DNA of 64,000 nucleotides from Candidatus Zhuqueibacterota bacterium (GCA_049322915.1 JBMOPW010000014.1:445517-509516); one strand, 5' to 3'. Positions 1-10,703 are shown, counted from the stretch's first letter. Notes: generated by a model not told the origin, from the letters alone. Made by a program: numbers and translations.

Positions 1-1509
1 GGCGTTTCGGTCGCGACAAAGAAGGTCGGCGATAATCCCTTTGTCCAGTACGACGAATTGCGGATTCAATTTGAAGGTCAACAGGCCAGCGGCGCCATTG
101 TCGCGTCGCTGAATATCAAACCGAACATCAATTTGATCCGGGTGTATGGGACGAAGATGATCGTCACAGCCGATATGACGCACATGACCCTCACCACCCA
201 GCAGTCAAAAAATCTGCCTCACATGGTGATGAAGCTTTACAACAATTTCACAGGGAGCCGCCAGGTCTTTTCTGACACGCTGAAAAATTCGATGCAGATA
301 GTGACCGGCAAAGTGAAACCGCGGCAGGGCTTACGAACCTTTCTCAGACGGTTCTACGAATCGCTCGCGAACAATTCGGAAATGCCGGTGAGCCCGGAAG
401 ATGGGCTCGAAAATGTCAGGCTGTGCCAGTCGATCTGGCGCAAGGCCGATGAAGATTTCCAGCGACGCGCGTCGATCGGGGCGACAAAACCATCGTCGGC
501 ATCTTCGGTAGCGGCGCAGCAAAAATCGTGGGTGCTGGTGACCGGCGCTGATGGATTTTTGGGCCGAAATTTAGTGAAGCGCCTTCTCAGTATGCAGAAG
601 AATGTGAAAGTGCTGATCCGGCGGATCAACCGGGATTACCTGAACGAGCCCAATGTCGAGGTGATTTACGGCGATATCCGGGACAAGGAGCTTGTGCGTC
701 GATCCATGATAGGCGTGGATACGGCGTTCCATCTGGCCGGCAAAGTGACCAATCGCGGTGCCTGGCAGGATTTCCAAGAGGTGAATATCGAAGCCACGCG
801 CAATCTGCTGGATGCTTCCCGGGCTGCCGGGATCAAAAAGTTCGTCTATGTCAGCTCGGTGGTTGTGTACGGTTTTCACAAAAGAAACGGTAGCAATGTG
901 ATTCACGAATCAGATGGGTATGGGGACGATATGGGTCGGTATCACTACTACGCCAAGTCGAAATTGTTGGCGGATAAACTCGCTCTGGACTATCACGCGC
1001 TATATGGATTCCCGGTCACGGTGATTCGGCCTGGCATCATTTACGGGCCGATGGGCGGCAATGTGTTCAATGGGAGTAAAATTGTCTTCGGGCAAAAGAA
1101 CAAGCTGTTCCCTTATGTCTATGTCAAAAACGTGGTGGACGCCATCCTGGTTACGACGGAAAAGGAAGAGGCCAATGGTCAGGCCTATAATGTGGTCGAC
1201 ACAGCGCCGTTGACGCAGAGGCAATTTTTGAAAAAGATCGAACGGATCCTGGGAGCGAAGAAGAGGGCGGTCTGCGTGCCCCTGGTTGTGACAGCGACCT
1301 CCGCGAAATTGCTTGAATACATGTCCCGAAGAAAGGATTCCGAAGTGTCGCCGCCCATTTCCATGTTTACTGTGGATGCCATCCGGAGAAATTTGGTCTT
1401 TGACACGTCGAAAATCAGGGAGGAATTAGGCTGGGCGCCGGCCTACTCCACCGATGAAGGGCTGAAGGAATCGTTCCAGTGGTTCAATCAACAGGCGCCG
1501 AGTCGGTGA
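1..1509 (+). CDS. Fusion of a Gfo/Idh/MocA-like C-terminal region with an NAD-dependent epimerase/dehydratase (extended SDR); 5' truncated by the window edge
   Basis: Frame is open from base 1. LVTGADGFLG Rossmann motif, YAKSK (YxxxK) motif and RPGIIYGP. The N-terminal part ends with a PVSPEDGLENVRL motif typical of oxidoreductase C-termini. Confidence 0.75.
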   Translation, partial: GVSVATKKVGDNPFVQYDELRIQFEGQQASGAIVASLNIKPNINLIRVYGTKMIVTADMTHMTLTTQQSKNLPHMVMKLYNNFTGSRQVFSDTLKNSMQIVTGKVKPRQGLRTFLRRFYESLANNSEMPVSPEDGLENVRLCQSIWRKADEDFQRRASIGATKPSSASSVAAQQKSWVLVTGADGFLGRNLVKRLLSMQKNVKVLIRRINRDYLNEPNVEVIYGDIRDKELVRRSMIGVDTAFHLAGKVTNRGAWQDFQEVNIEATRNLLDASRAAGIKKFVYVSSVVVYGFHKRNGSNVIHESDGYGDDMGRYHYYAKSKLLADKLALDYHALYGFPVTVIRPGIIYGPMGGNVFNGSKIVFGQKNKLFPYVYVKNVVDAILVTTEKEEANGQAYNVVDTAPLTQRQFLKKIERILGAKKRAVCVPLVVTATSAKLLEYMSRRKDSEVSPPISMFTVDAIRRNLVFDTSKIREELGWAPAYSTDEGLKESFQWFNQQAPSR

Positions 1510-1639
1510 ATCGCGCCGCGCCATCGGCGTCATCTGGATTCCATGGTGTGACTGAAAGTTACTCTGGCTGGAAGTGCTTCCGAAATCAATCGGCAACACC
1601 CTGGAATATGTATTGAAACTGCATTGTGAGAAAGGGCTT

Positions 1640-3022
1640 ATGTACAGGACAAGCGTTCAAAAAGTGATTTTCCCGATGCTGGAACTGGGCCATGGCTCCG
1701 GCATTCAACGGCGACTGGCGTTTTTACAGGACAGCGAGCGGTGGGACCTGAGTCGATTGCGGAATTTTCAGGAAGAGAAACTGCGTCGCTTGCTGAATCA
1801 TGCGTACGAGCATGTGCCCTATTATCGGAGGGTTTTCCGAGAGAGAAATCTGCTGCCCAAAAACATCGATCCGTCAAACCTGGACAGGCTCCCCATTCTG
1901 GATAAGGACACCATCCGGAACCATCAGCGCGACCTGTTGGCGACCAATATCCCCAAAGCGCGATTGATCCATTCAGCGACGAGCGGATCCACCGGTCAGC
2001 CTCTGGAATTCTATCGCACCAGGCAGCAGGAAGATTGGTACTGGGCGCTTCGCTACCGCGCCTGGGCCTGGGGCGGCTACGAATTGGGCGACCCATACAT
2101 CCGCGCATCGTGGAAAAAGCGGCCCATGAAGAAAAAAGTGCAGCATTGGCTGACTCGCTGCACCTATTTCCAATTTGCCCATGTCAATGACGCATTGCTG
2201 GATCGGTACATCCGGCGAATGCGCGGCTCGCGGATCAGATTTGCTGAGGGCTTCCCTTCCACTTTTTTTCTGCTGGCCAATTATGCGAGGAAGCAGGGCG
2301 TCGATGATATTCGACTCGAGTCTATCATGACGAGCGGGGAGATGCTGTTCCCGCATTATCGCTCGCTGATCGAGTCGCAGTTCCACACCAGAATTTTCGA
2401 TAATTACGCTGCCGGCGGAGAAGGGCTGACGATGGCGGCGCAGTGCGAATTCCGCCAGGGCTATCACATGAACATGGAAAGCGTGGTCCTGGAGTTCTTA
2501 TTGAATGAGCGGCCGGTTGCTGCCGGCGAGGTTGGGAAAATTTACATCACTGCGCTGGACAATTTCGCATTCCCGCTGATTCGCTACGATATCGAAGACG
2601 TGGGACGGCCGACAACGCAGAAATGTCCCTGTGGCCGACACCTCACACTGATGGAATCCGTGGAAGGTCGCACAGCGGATATCATTGTCACGCCGGAGGG
2701 CTATTTCATCGGCGTCAGTTTTTTTATGGCCCTGTTCAAACAAGTGAGCGGGATACAGACGTTCCAGATAGTTCAGGAGAAGGACTACCGCCTGCACATT
2801 CGCATTGTGAAAAACAACGCGTTTCCTTCGAACGGTGTGGATTCATTGAGGCGAAAAATTTCCGAGATGTGCAACAACACCCTGGAGATGCAGTTTGAAT
2901 TTGTGGACGACATCGCCCCGGCGTCCTCCAATAAACGCCGGTTTGTGATCTCGCACGCGCCGCTCAATTCACCTGTGAGCGTCGCTGACCAATCACCGCA
3001 GTTAGAGAAAATTGCTGTCTGA
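1640..3022 (+). CDS. Phenylacetate-CoA ligase family / CapK-like adenylate-forming enzyme of a polysaccharide locus
   Basis: ATSGSTGQP P-loop, FPLIRYDIED and EGRTAD motifs. ATG at 1640 preferred over GTG at 1574. Confidence 0.85.
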   Translation: MYRTSVQKVIFPMLELGHGSGIQRRLAFLQDSERWDLSRLRNFQEEKLRRLLNHAYEHVPYYRRVFRERNLLPKNIDPSNLDRLPILDKDTIRNHQRDLLATNIPKARLIHSATSGSTGQPLEFYRTRQQEDWYWALRYRAWAWGGYELGDPYIRASWKKRPMKKKVQHWLTRCTYFQFAHVNDALLDRYIRRMRGSRIRFAEGFPSTFFLLANYARKQGVDDIRLESIMTSGEMLFPHYRSLIESQFHTRIFDNYAAGGEGLTMAAQCEFRQGYHMNMESVVLEFLLNERPVAAGEVGKIYITALDNFAFPLIRYDIEDVGRPTTQKCPCGRHLTLMESVEGRTADIIVTPEGYFIGVSFFMALFKQVSGIQTFQIVQEKDYRLHIRIVKNNAFPSNGVDSLRRKISEMCNNTLEMQFEFVDDIAPASSNKRRFVISHAPLNSPVSVADQSPQLEKIAV

Positions 3023-3073
3023 CAGGGGGGACAGCGGGATCATTTCAAACACAGGCATCGCCGGAGGTCAATC

Positions 3074-4225
3074 GTGCACACAGCTTCGACATTGAAAATA
3101 GTCCTCATCGGTCCATCCCCGAAGGCCCAGGGCGGGATGGCTTCATTGATGGCGGCTTTTCTGGCGTCCGATCTCGCACGACAAAATTCCGTTCGGCCGG
3201 TGTTTACCCGGCAGGAAGGATCGGCGTGGGTCAAGTTGAGGATGTTTTTCCGGGGCATGGCGCAATTTTTATGGCTGAGCGCAGTCTGGCGACCGCATGT
3301 CTGCCACATTCATTTCTGCTCGCGGGTCAGTTTTTATCGCAAGTCAATTTTTGTGATCGCGGCGAAACTGTTGGGACACAAGGTCGTGGTGCAGGGGCAT
3401 GGCGGAGGATTCGACCCTTTCTACCGAAGCTCCAACCGGCTCTGCAAAATTTTCATTCGGAAGATGCTGGCCTGGCCGGATCGGGTGCTTGTCGGCTCGC
3501 AACACTCGAAAGAGGTGCTCTCGCGCATCAGCGGCCGAAGCGATGTGCGCGTGGTGAATAATTTCATCGCGGATGAAAGGATCACCGGAGCCGGGCGCTG
3601 CGCCGAATTGAAATCCAATCTGCTCTTTCTGGGCCGTATTGAAAAATCGAAGGGGATTTACGAATTGATTGACGCCGCGGCTATTGTGAAGGAGAAAGCG
3701 CCGGGCGTCCGCTTTGTCCTTGCCGGAGCCGGCGAGATCGATCAGGCAAAGGAGCGCTGTCTGGAAAAACAGGTGTCCGACATGGTGGAATTCACCGGCT
3801 GGATTGAAGGGGATGAAAAGCTGGCGCTCTTTCAATCAGCGGCGTGTTTTGTTCTGCCCAGCCATCGCGAGCTGCAATCGATCGCTGTGATCGAGGCGCT
3901 GGCCGCCGGTCTGCCGATTGTGGCCTGCGATATTTCCGGCATTCGGGAGATGGTTGAAGACGGCGTCAACGGTTTTCTGATCCGACCAGGAAATGCCCGG
4001 CTGCTGGCGGGGAAAATCATCCTATTATTAGGGGACAGCACTTTGCGCCGGTGCATGAGTCGAAATAATGTCCTGAAATTCAAGTCGCAGTTCCATTCAA
4101 AACTCGTCGTCAGCGATGTGAATCAGGTCTATCAGTCGGTTCTGAATCCAGCCGATACACCTCATGCCTCGCAGAGACGGCCCAGCGTCCGTTTGATTAA
4201 ATTGCGCGCCAGGGGAATTTTGTAG
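3074..4225 (+). CDS. Glycosyltransferase family 4
   Basis: FLGRIEKSKG and LPSHRELQSIAVIEALAAGLPIV GT-B motifs; GGAGG RBS before the GTG start. Confidence 0.9.
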   Translation: MHTASTLKIVLIGPSPKAQGGMASLMAAFLASDLARQNSVRPVFTRQEGSAWVKLRMFFRGMAQFLWLSAVWRPHVCHIHFCSRVSFYRKSIFVIAAKLLGHKVVVQGHGGGFDPFYRSSNRLCKIFIRKMLAWPDRVLVGSQHSKEVLSRISGRSDVRVVNNFIADERITGAGRCAELKSNLLFLGRIEKSKGIYELIDAAAIVKEKAPGVRFVLAGAGEIDQAKERCLEKQVSDMVEFTGWIEGDEKLALFQSAACFVLPSHRELQSIAVIEALAAGLPIVACDISGIREMVEDGVNGFLIRPGNARLLAGKIILLLGDSTLRRCMSRNNVLKFKSQFHSKLVVSDVNQVYQSVLNPADTPHASQRRPSVRLIKLRARGIL

Positions 4226-5142
4226 CCATTTTCCGCTAACGGCTCTGCATTGGTCAAGGCCAGTTGCGATGCCTGAGCGAGAGACTCGCTGTCCGTGGAT
4301 AATCCGGCCAATTTTGAACTGACATTCTTTTCGAGCCAGGGGATCGGAGCGATGCCGCCAAGCGCAACAGTCCCTGACGAGATGACCTGGCCGGTCCGCT
4401 GAATCATGGCCGCGACGCTCACCAGGGCGAAATCCCACGCTCCACGTTCCTTCATTTTGATGAAGCCGCTTTTCGCGCCGGCAGGCAGGTCAGGAATGGT
4501 GATCTGAGTGAGAATATCGCCGGGCGAAAGGATATTTTCCCGTTCGACATTGATCTCCGGCAGCAGGAAGAATTGTCCCACCGGCACGGTGCGGGTTTTT
4601 CGGCCGGAGAAGTAAGTCACCGAAGCGTTGAGCGCAGCCAGCGCGACTGCCGTATCAGAGGGGTGGACAATGAAGCACGGCCCGCCGCCGATGACGCAGT
4701 GAAATTTATTGCGGCCATCCACGGCAAAGCAGGCGTCGCCGCCCCTGCGCAGACATTTGAACCCGCCGCGGTAATACCAGCAGCGGGGTCTCTGGCACAG
4801 ATTGCCGGCGAGCGTGCCGATGTTGCGTAGCTGGGGAGACGCCACTTCGCTGGCTGCTTCGGCCAATGCCGTATATTTTTCGCGGATCACCGGATGCCCA
4901 GCAATCGCCCGCAGCGATGCCAGCGCTCCGATGGTGAGGCCCCGGCCCGGTTCGTAGGTAATCGTCTCCAGCCCCGGCACGGATTTGAGATTCACCACGC
5001 GCTGTGGCGCTTCAATGCCATCTTTCATCAAACCGAGCAAGTCGGTCCCACCGGCCAGGAGCAGGCTGCTGCGCCAGTCTTCCCCGAGATTTTTATTGGC
5101 CTCTTTCAACGACCCGGGTTGAATGTATGTAAAATTTTTCAT
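4162..5142 (-). CDS. Xanthine dehydrogenase-family FAD-binding subunit (PaoB/YagS-like, with a Cys-rich 4Fe-4S insert)
   Basis: LAGGTDL, ASPQLRNIGTLAGNLCQRPRCWYYR and HPSD motifs; start at MKNFTY after GGAG. Confidence 0.92.
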   Translation of the reverse strand: MKNFTYIQPGSLKEANKNLGEDWRSSLLLAGGTDLLGLMKDGIEAPQRVVNLKSVPGLETITYEPGRGLTIGALASLRAIAGHPVIREKYTALAEAASEVASPQLRNIGTLAGNLCQRPRCWYYRGGFKCLRRGGDACFAVDGRNKFHCVIGGGPCFIVHPSDTAVALAALNASVTYFSGRKTRTVPVGQFFLLPEINVERENILSPGDILTQITIPDLPAGAKSGFIKMKERGAWDFALVSVAAMIQRTGQVISSGTVALGGIAPIPWLEKNVSSKLAGLSTDSESLAQASQLALTNAEPLAENGYKIPLARNLIKRTLGRLCEA

Positions 5143-5203
5143 GTCGCCACTCCATAAATAACGATTCAAATCAATCAGAATTTTTAGTCAGGAAAGCGCG
5201 CCT

Positions 5204-7507
5204 TTAACTGTTGGAATACAGCGCGCGAAGCACCTTATCCGGCGTGATGGGCAGGCTCCTGATCCGCACGCCGATGGCGTTATAAACCGCGTTGGCTATG
5301 GCGCCCGGCGTGGGAATCATCGCCGGTTCGCCGCAGCCTTTGACGCCGGTGCTGCTCAGCAACGAATCGCCCTTACTGACAATGATCACTTCAATTTCAG
5401 GAATGTCCTTGATGGTCGGGATTTTATAATCGTGCAAATTGTTGGTGAGCAATTTGCCGGTGGCGCCATCGATGAGGCGCTCTTCCATCAGCGCAAAGCC
5501 AATTCCCTGAATAACGCCGCCGTGGAATTGATTTTCCATGGTGGTCCGGTTGAGCACTCGGCCAATATCATGGGCAGCGACCACTTTGACCACGCGAATC
5601 CGGCCGGTTTCAGTGTCCACTTCCACATCGGCGAATTGCGCGCCGAACGTATTGGTTGTATATTTTTCCGGATTTGCCGCGCGCGCGCCAGTGGTGACCA
5701 GCACCTGTTCCCGCATTTGCCTGACAACGTCCGAGATTTTGAGTTTTTTCGAGTCATCGGATTTTAACGAGATCACGCCGCTGGCGTAGACCAACTGTTC
5801 CGCCGGCGCACTCAGAATCGCCGCTGCACCGGAGATGAGTTTGGCTTTCATTTGTTCAGCGGCATCGCGCACTGCCGGCGAAACGGACGGCGCTGTCATG
5901 CTTCCGCCGCTGGAACTGGAATAGGGCGCTGCGCCTGTGTCGCCCAGTATGACGGATATTTTATCCATGGGAATTTCCAGCACTTCAGAGGCCACCTGCG
6001 CCATGAACGTGTTGGTGCCGGTGCCGAGATCCTGGGTCCCGCAAATGACGCGAACACTGCCGTCCCGATTGAGCTTCACAGTCGCGTACGAAGGCGGCGC
6101 GCCGCCGCCCCACCAGATTTGCGTGGCCATGCCAATGCCCCGTCTCAGATGACCGACGCCCGCGCCGGCCGGCGTGTTCCGCCTATGCCAGCCGATGGCT
6201 GCTGCGCCACGCTCATACGCCTCGCGCAACTTTTTCGAAGTATACGGTGCGTTGGAAACCTGGTCGATTTCAGTATAATTTTTCAATCGAAATTGCAATG
6301 GATCCATTCCGATTTTTTCAGCCAACTCGTCGATGATGGATTCAGTCGCAAACGTGCCCTGGACATGGCCCGGCGCGCGAAACGGTCTGGCTGGCCCGGC
6401 ATTGGTGTACACGGAGTATTCTTCGGACTTCACATTGGCGCAGGAATACAGCGTGCGAAATGGCCAACTGCAACCGGCGCCGCTGGGATAAGCGCCAACC
6501 GTCCCATAGGAGTAATGGAACATGGCCGTCAACGCCCCGTCCCGCTTTGCGGCGACTTTCAATTTTTGAACCGAGTCCGGGCGGTTGCCCACAGCGAGAT
6601 TCTGTTCCTTCCTGTTCAGGGCGATTCTCACCGGCCGACCGATCTGGCGCGCTAACAGTGCAGCCATCACTGTGTATTTCCCGGCAGCGAGCTTGCTGCC
6701 AAATCCACCGCCCATGTATTTTTTGATGACGCGCACGCTGCTGCCCGGAATGCCGAGCGATTCAGCGACGGTATCGCGAACGGTGAAAATACCCTGGGTG
6801 GAATCCCACACGGTCAACTGGTCGCCGTCCCAATTGGCCACGCTGTTGTGCACTTCAGTGGGATTATGAACTTCCACCTGGGTGGTGAACGTATATTCCA
6901 CGGTGACGTCCGCTTCGGCAAAACCTTTGGCTAAATCCCCGCGTTCGTAGACATTGGGTTTGCCCTCCTGAATGTTGTTGTCTTTGTACAGTAGCGGCGC
7001 ATTGCTTTTCATGGCCTCCCCGGCGTCGATGACAAAGGGCAGGGCCTCGTAACTCACATCGATTCGTTCGATGGCTTCGTCGGCAATGGCTTCGGTTTCA
7101 GCAACCAGGCAGGCGACTTCATCGCCTTCGTAGCGCAGATGCGGGTCGAATAACTGGCTGATCCGATAGTACCAGGGTATTTTGGGGCAATTTTCATGGG
7201 TTAAAACAGCTAGCACGCCGGGCGTGTTCAAGGCCCGGGTGACATCGATTTTCAGAATTCTGGCATGGGGCAGAGGACAGCGCAGCGTTCGCGCGTGAGC
7301 CATTCGGGGCAGTTTAATATCCACTGTGTATTGGGCGGTCCCGCTGACTTTATCGTACCCGTCAATTCGGGGCATGGGTTGGCCGACGACTTTCAAGTCC
7401 GCGTCGGGACCCCATGGCTTCAATTTTTCGGTGGGAACCTCGGCCAGGGTTTCGGCCGGTCCCTCTTCAAAAAAGTAAGTACTTTTAATTATCTTTCGTT
7501 CAGGCAT
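5204..7507 (-). CDS. Xanthine dehydrogenase-family molybdopterin-binding subunit
   Basis: MGGGFGSK, FRAPG, QDLGTG and KGCGE motifs; 767 aa. Confidence 0.93.
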   Translation of the reverse strand: MPERKIIKSTYFFEEGPAETLAEVPTEKLKPWGPDADLKVVGQPMPRIDGYDKVSGTAQYTVDIKLPRMAHARTLRCPLPHARILKIDVTRALNTPGVLAVLTHENCPKIPWYYRISQLFDPHLRYEGDEVACLVAETEAIADEAIERIDVSYEALPFVIDAGEAMKSNAPLLYKDNNIQEGKPNVYERGDLAKGFAEADVTVEYTFTTQVEVHNPTEVHNSVANWDGDQLTVWDSTQGIFTVRDTVAESLGIPGSSVRVIKKYMGGGFGSKLAAGKYTVMAALLARQIGRPVRIALNRKEQNLAVGNRPDSVQKLKVAAKRDGALTAMFHYSYGTVGAYPSGAGCSWPFRTLYSCANVKSEEYSVYTNAGPARPFRAPGHVQGTFATESIIDELAEKIGMDPLQFRLKNYTEIDQVSNAPYTSKKLREAYERGAAAIGWHRRNTPAGAGVGHLRRGIGMATQIWWGGGAPPSYATVKLNRDGSVRVICGTQDLGTGTNTFMAQVASEVLEIPMDKISVILGDTGAAPYSSSSGGSMTAPSVSPAVRDAAEQMKAKLISGAAAILSAPAEQLVYASGVISLKSDDSKKLKISDVVRQMREQVLVTTGARAANPEKYTTNTFGAQFADVEVDTETGRIRVVKVVAAHDIGRVLNRTTMENQFHGGVIQGIGFALMEERLIDGATGKLLTNNLHDYKIPTIKDIPEIEVIIVSKGDSLLSSTGVKGCGEPAMIPTPGAIANAVYNAIGVRIRSLPITPDKVLRALYSNS

Positions 7508-7701
7508 AACACCTCCGGAAAAAGATTTTTCTCAATGACGAAACACGGCCATCGAAGCGGTTTGCATAATTCCATTCGGATCATCACGGGGCGCGCGCAT
7601 TGGATAGACATGAAAAAGTATTGCATTCGCATCGTCAATTTTTTAAGTAATCCCACGCAGCGAAAATTCTCAGCGGGACGGATCATTGACCAAAGTATGT
7701 C

Positions 7702-8316
7702 CTACTTGAATTTTGCGGCGGCTGCGGCCAAAACCGAATCGACAATCTTGGGGTAGGCAGCACATCGGCACAAATTCCCGCCCATCCCGTCCTGAACCTG
7801 TTCCCGCGACGGAGTGGGATTATTCATAAGGAGCGCGTGAGCCGCCATAATCTGTCCCGGCGTACAAAAACCGCATTGCAGCCCATCTTTGTCGATAAAC
7901 GCTTGCTGAATGGGATGCAGCGTTTCGCCGTTCATCAGCCCTTCGATGGTGGTCACCTCTTTTCCTGCCGCGTCCAGGGCCAACAAATGACAGGAATAGA
8001 CTGCGCTGCCATTCAACAATACGGTGCAACTGCCGCATTCACCCTGGTTGCAGGCAATTTTGGTTCCGGTCAATTGCAGCGAATCGCGGAGCACCTCGGC
8101 CAGCGTCGTCCGGGGCTCAACCATCAATTTCACGGCGCGGCCATTGACCTTGAAGGCAAGCAATTGTTTCCCATCGTGAGCGGCCTCGGCGGTCGCCAAT
8201 TGTTCGGAAATAGCCGGCAGCGAATGCACCAACACCGTGGATCCCACGACCCCGCTGCCGATGCCCTTCATAAATTTCCGCCGGGAAATGCCATCGGATT
8301 TGATTCTGTCTTTCAT
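7702..8316 (-). CDS. (2Fe-2S)-binding subunit with a twin-arginine signal (PaoA/YagT-like)
   Basis: SRRKFMK Tat motif; CNQGECGSC, QCGFC and CRC ligands; start at MKDRIK. Confidence 0.92.
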   Translation of the reverse strand: MKDRIKSDGISRRKFMKGIGSGVVGSTVLVHSLPAISEQLATAEAAHDGKQLLAFKVNGRAVKLMVEPRTTLAEVLRDSLQLTGTKIACNQGECGSCTVLLNGSAVYSCHLLALDAAGKEVTTIEGLMNGETLHPIQQAFIDKDGLQCGFCTPGQIMAAHALLMNNPTPSREQVQDGMGGNLCRCAAYPKIVDSVLAAAAAKFK

Positions 8317-8528
8317 AACAAAGTCCTTTGTAAGGTGGATTGAATGGTTACAGTGCGGTTTCTGAACCGAATGACTCCAGTGGTCGATTGAGTCGATTGA
8401 AACAAATAAAACGGACTGTTCAGATTTCAATTAAATAAAATTTGGGATAATGTCAAGTAAAAAATTGAAAGGTCCAGGGTGACTGACGACAGTCCGGCCG
8501 TGACAGCGCTTGCCCTCGGTTGGAGTCA

Positions 8529-9458
8529 TCAGCGACTGTTGGCTCTGTAATAGTCCTCGCAGACAGTGCACCGGTGGCAGGCTTTATGGCACATCAGCGT
8601 TTGCTTGAAGAATTCCTCTCCAATCTCAATAGGCGTTCGCGGCGATGCCGGCCCGGCGCCTATCCGATGGGGAGAACGCCTGGAGCGAAAGATATAGGCG
8701 TCCAGCACCTCCCTGTAATAGGACGGATTTTGCAGCGTCACCCGTCCGGCCAATTTGAGGGTATCGAAAAGACCGTTGTAGAGATGAAGATGCTGCGGAA
8801 GAATCCAACTGCCGGTCAACCGCAGCCAGGGCTTTTGGCTCAGCATGTCCAGGCACAGCGATTGCGGGTAGGGGAGTTTTGATCCCATTTCATAGAAATG
8901 CTGCGTTCGAAAAACACAGTTGGGCAGGCAGCCCTCATTGACAATGAGTCGTATTCCCCCGGAAAAGGACTCGCGAAGCAAGGTCAGGGCTGGCAAATTT
9001 CGGACGATGCGCGACGAGGCCACCAGTGTATCGAAAATACCATTGATCATAGCCAATTGATTGGGAGAAAAAATGTCCATCAGCACCGAGGCAGTGAGCC
9101 GCAGGCGCGGAATGCTTTCCCTGATATTTTTAGCGAGCGTCACATTGGATAGCGTCACGGATTGGATTCGATAGGAATTGCATAGGTTTTTCAGCGTCTC
9201 AATGATGGCCGGGGTCATTTCTTCTACCGGACGCGGGAAGACGACGGGATTAATCAGCACCGACAGCCGGAAAGGAGAGGCTTCCAAAAATTCCTGCAAC
9301 TGGTGCGTCGGTTGCATCGGTCGACCGGAAGGAACATTTTCCATCAGGATGGGAAAATAGACTTCATGAATATAGCGGTCGTAGTGCTCGGCGAGATTTT
9401 TCCAGAACGAAAGAGGCTGATCGATGTAAGGGATGACCCAGATTGTTTCGCGTTTCAT
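8529..9458 (-). CDS. U32-family ('peptidase U32'-like) Fe-S protein
   Basis: LTASV, IVNEGCLPNC, LC, KLAGR and C-terminal CxxxCxxCxxC. The ATG overlaps the upstream stop (ATGA). Confidence 0.75.
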   Translation of the reverse strand: MKRETIWVIPYIDQPLSFWKNLAEHYDRYIHEVYFPILMENVPSGRPMQPTHQLQEFLEASPFRLSVLINPVVFPRPVEEMTPAIIETLKNLCNSYRIQSVTLSNVTLAKNIRESIPRLRLTASVLMDIFSPNQLAMINGIFDTLVASSRIVRNLPALTLLRESFSGGIRLIVNEGCLPNCVFRTQHFYEMGSKLPYPQSLCLDMLSQKPWLRLTGSWILPQHLHLYNGLFDTLKLAGRVTLQNPSYYREVLDAYIFRSRRSPHRIGAGPASPRTPIEIGEEFFKQTLMCHKACHRCTVCEDYYRANSR

Positions 9459-10438
9459 GACCATGGAGATTCCGCAATTGTTATTCTTTGTGACGAAGAA
9501 AAACGCATGAGTTTCTGAGCAGTACATCCTCCTGTGCAAGCGCCTGTGCGCTTGTAATCGCATAGAGCGCACCATTTGAAAATACCAACCGCCTGGAATT
9601 TTGAAAGCGTTTTTTGAAAGTGAGCGCGAACTGCGTCGGCTGTGAGGGTTGCCGTCAGCGGCAGATTGATGAGACGGCCAAGTGGGTAGCAGGCCACGAT
9701 GCTCCCATCCGGGAGAATGTCCGGGATCGGTTCGCAATGAGTCCCGGGCTTGGGGTCCAGTCCCAACTCGCTCAGATGCTCGCCGTTGAACATGCACGGA
9801 ACAAAGCCGCAGTCCAGGTTTATTTTTACGGACTCAGAGCGCGCGACTCTGGCGAAGTCAGCGATTCGCTGGCCAATGAGGCTGTAATGCTTGGGCAGCA
9901 AACAAGTGTTTTTATAATCAATGCAGGGATGAGCCAGACCCAGTCGTACCTGTTTTTTCAAATTGAAATCCCGAATGAGATTCAGAAGAAAATTCAGCCG
10001 GGCGCTTTTGTGATAAATATTCAACCCCGGCATGACGTTCCGATTCAAGGCTGATAGCGTTTTCTCCAATCCGGACTTCGCTTCGGGCAATTCATCGGTC
10101 CAGTGAGTGATGTTGAGAATAACGGTAATGATATCCTCGGGCAGGGCGCTGAGATATTCTAGCACGGCTTCGGGCATGAGTCCATTGGAGAAGAGCCGAA
10201 TCGGCCGGCCGGTTTGTTGCGCCATTTCCAGAAAATGAATAATCTGCGGATGCAATGTGGGCTCTCCGCCCAGAATGCGAACCTGTCCAATGTTGGACCG
10301 CATCACAAAATCCAGAGCAGATTGAAAAATGTTCAGCGGCATGTGGCCATGATTCCTGGCACCGGTTTTATATTCTCCCTGGGTGAAACAGTAGCGGCAA
10401 TGGAGATTGCATTCCGATGTAATTGCAATATTAGCCAT
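9455..10438 (-). CDS. Radical SAM / SPASM-like protein
   Basis: CNLHCRYC, GGEP and C-terminal CALC...CTGGC. Confidence 0.9.
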   Translation of the reverse strand: MANIAITSECNLHCRYCFTQGEYKTGARNHGHMPLNIFQSALDFVMRSNIGQVRILGGEPTLHPQIIHFLEMAQQTGRPIRLFSNGLMPEAVLEYLSALPEDIITVILNITHWTDELPEAKSGLEKTLSALNRNVMPGLNIYHKSARLNFLLNLIRDFNLKKQVRLGLAHPCIDYKNTCLLPKHYSLIGQRIADFARVARSESVKINLDCGFVPCMFNGEHLSELGLDPKPGTHCEPIPDILPDGSIVACYPLGRLINLPLTATLTADAVRAHFQKTLSKFQAVGIFKWCALCDYKRTGACTGGCTAQKLMRFSSSQRITIAESPWS

Positions 10439-10703
10439 GTTGTTGCGTCGGAATAAGGATATCGTTTTTCACCAGAACATCGATGGTGTCGTGGATTATT
10501 CTACGAGCGTGAGATTCAGTCACGAGCGCGATCTTCGCCATCATGCGAACCAGGGCAGCTTCCGGCACCTGCTTCAATATCAAATCGAAGACGGCGGCCA
10601 TGGGATAATCCAGGGCCAGTTGACATTCGTTCACCCTTTCGATGAACTGAATGTGCCTGAGATCGACACAATAGAAATAATTGGGATTCAGCCGATAGGT
10701 CAT
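10431..10703 (-). CDS. Small PqqD/RRE-like protein
   Basis: 90 aa, three-strand then helical pattern, LDYPMAAVFDLI and a C-terminal LVKNDILI ending; overlaps both neighbours. Confidence 0.55.
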   Translation of the reverse strand: MTYRLNPNYFYCVDLRHIQFIERVNECQLALDYPMAAVFDLILKQVPEAALVRMMAKIALVTESHARRIIHDTIDVLVKNDILIPTQQHG

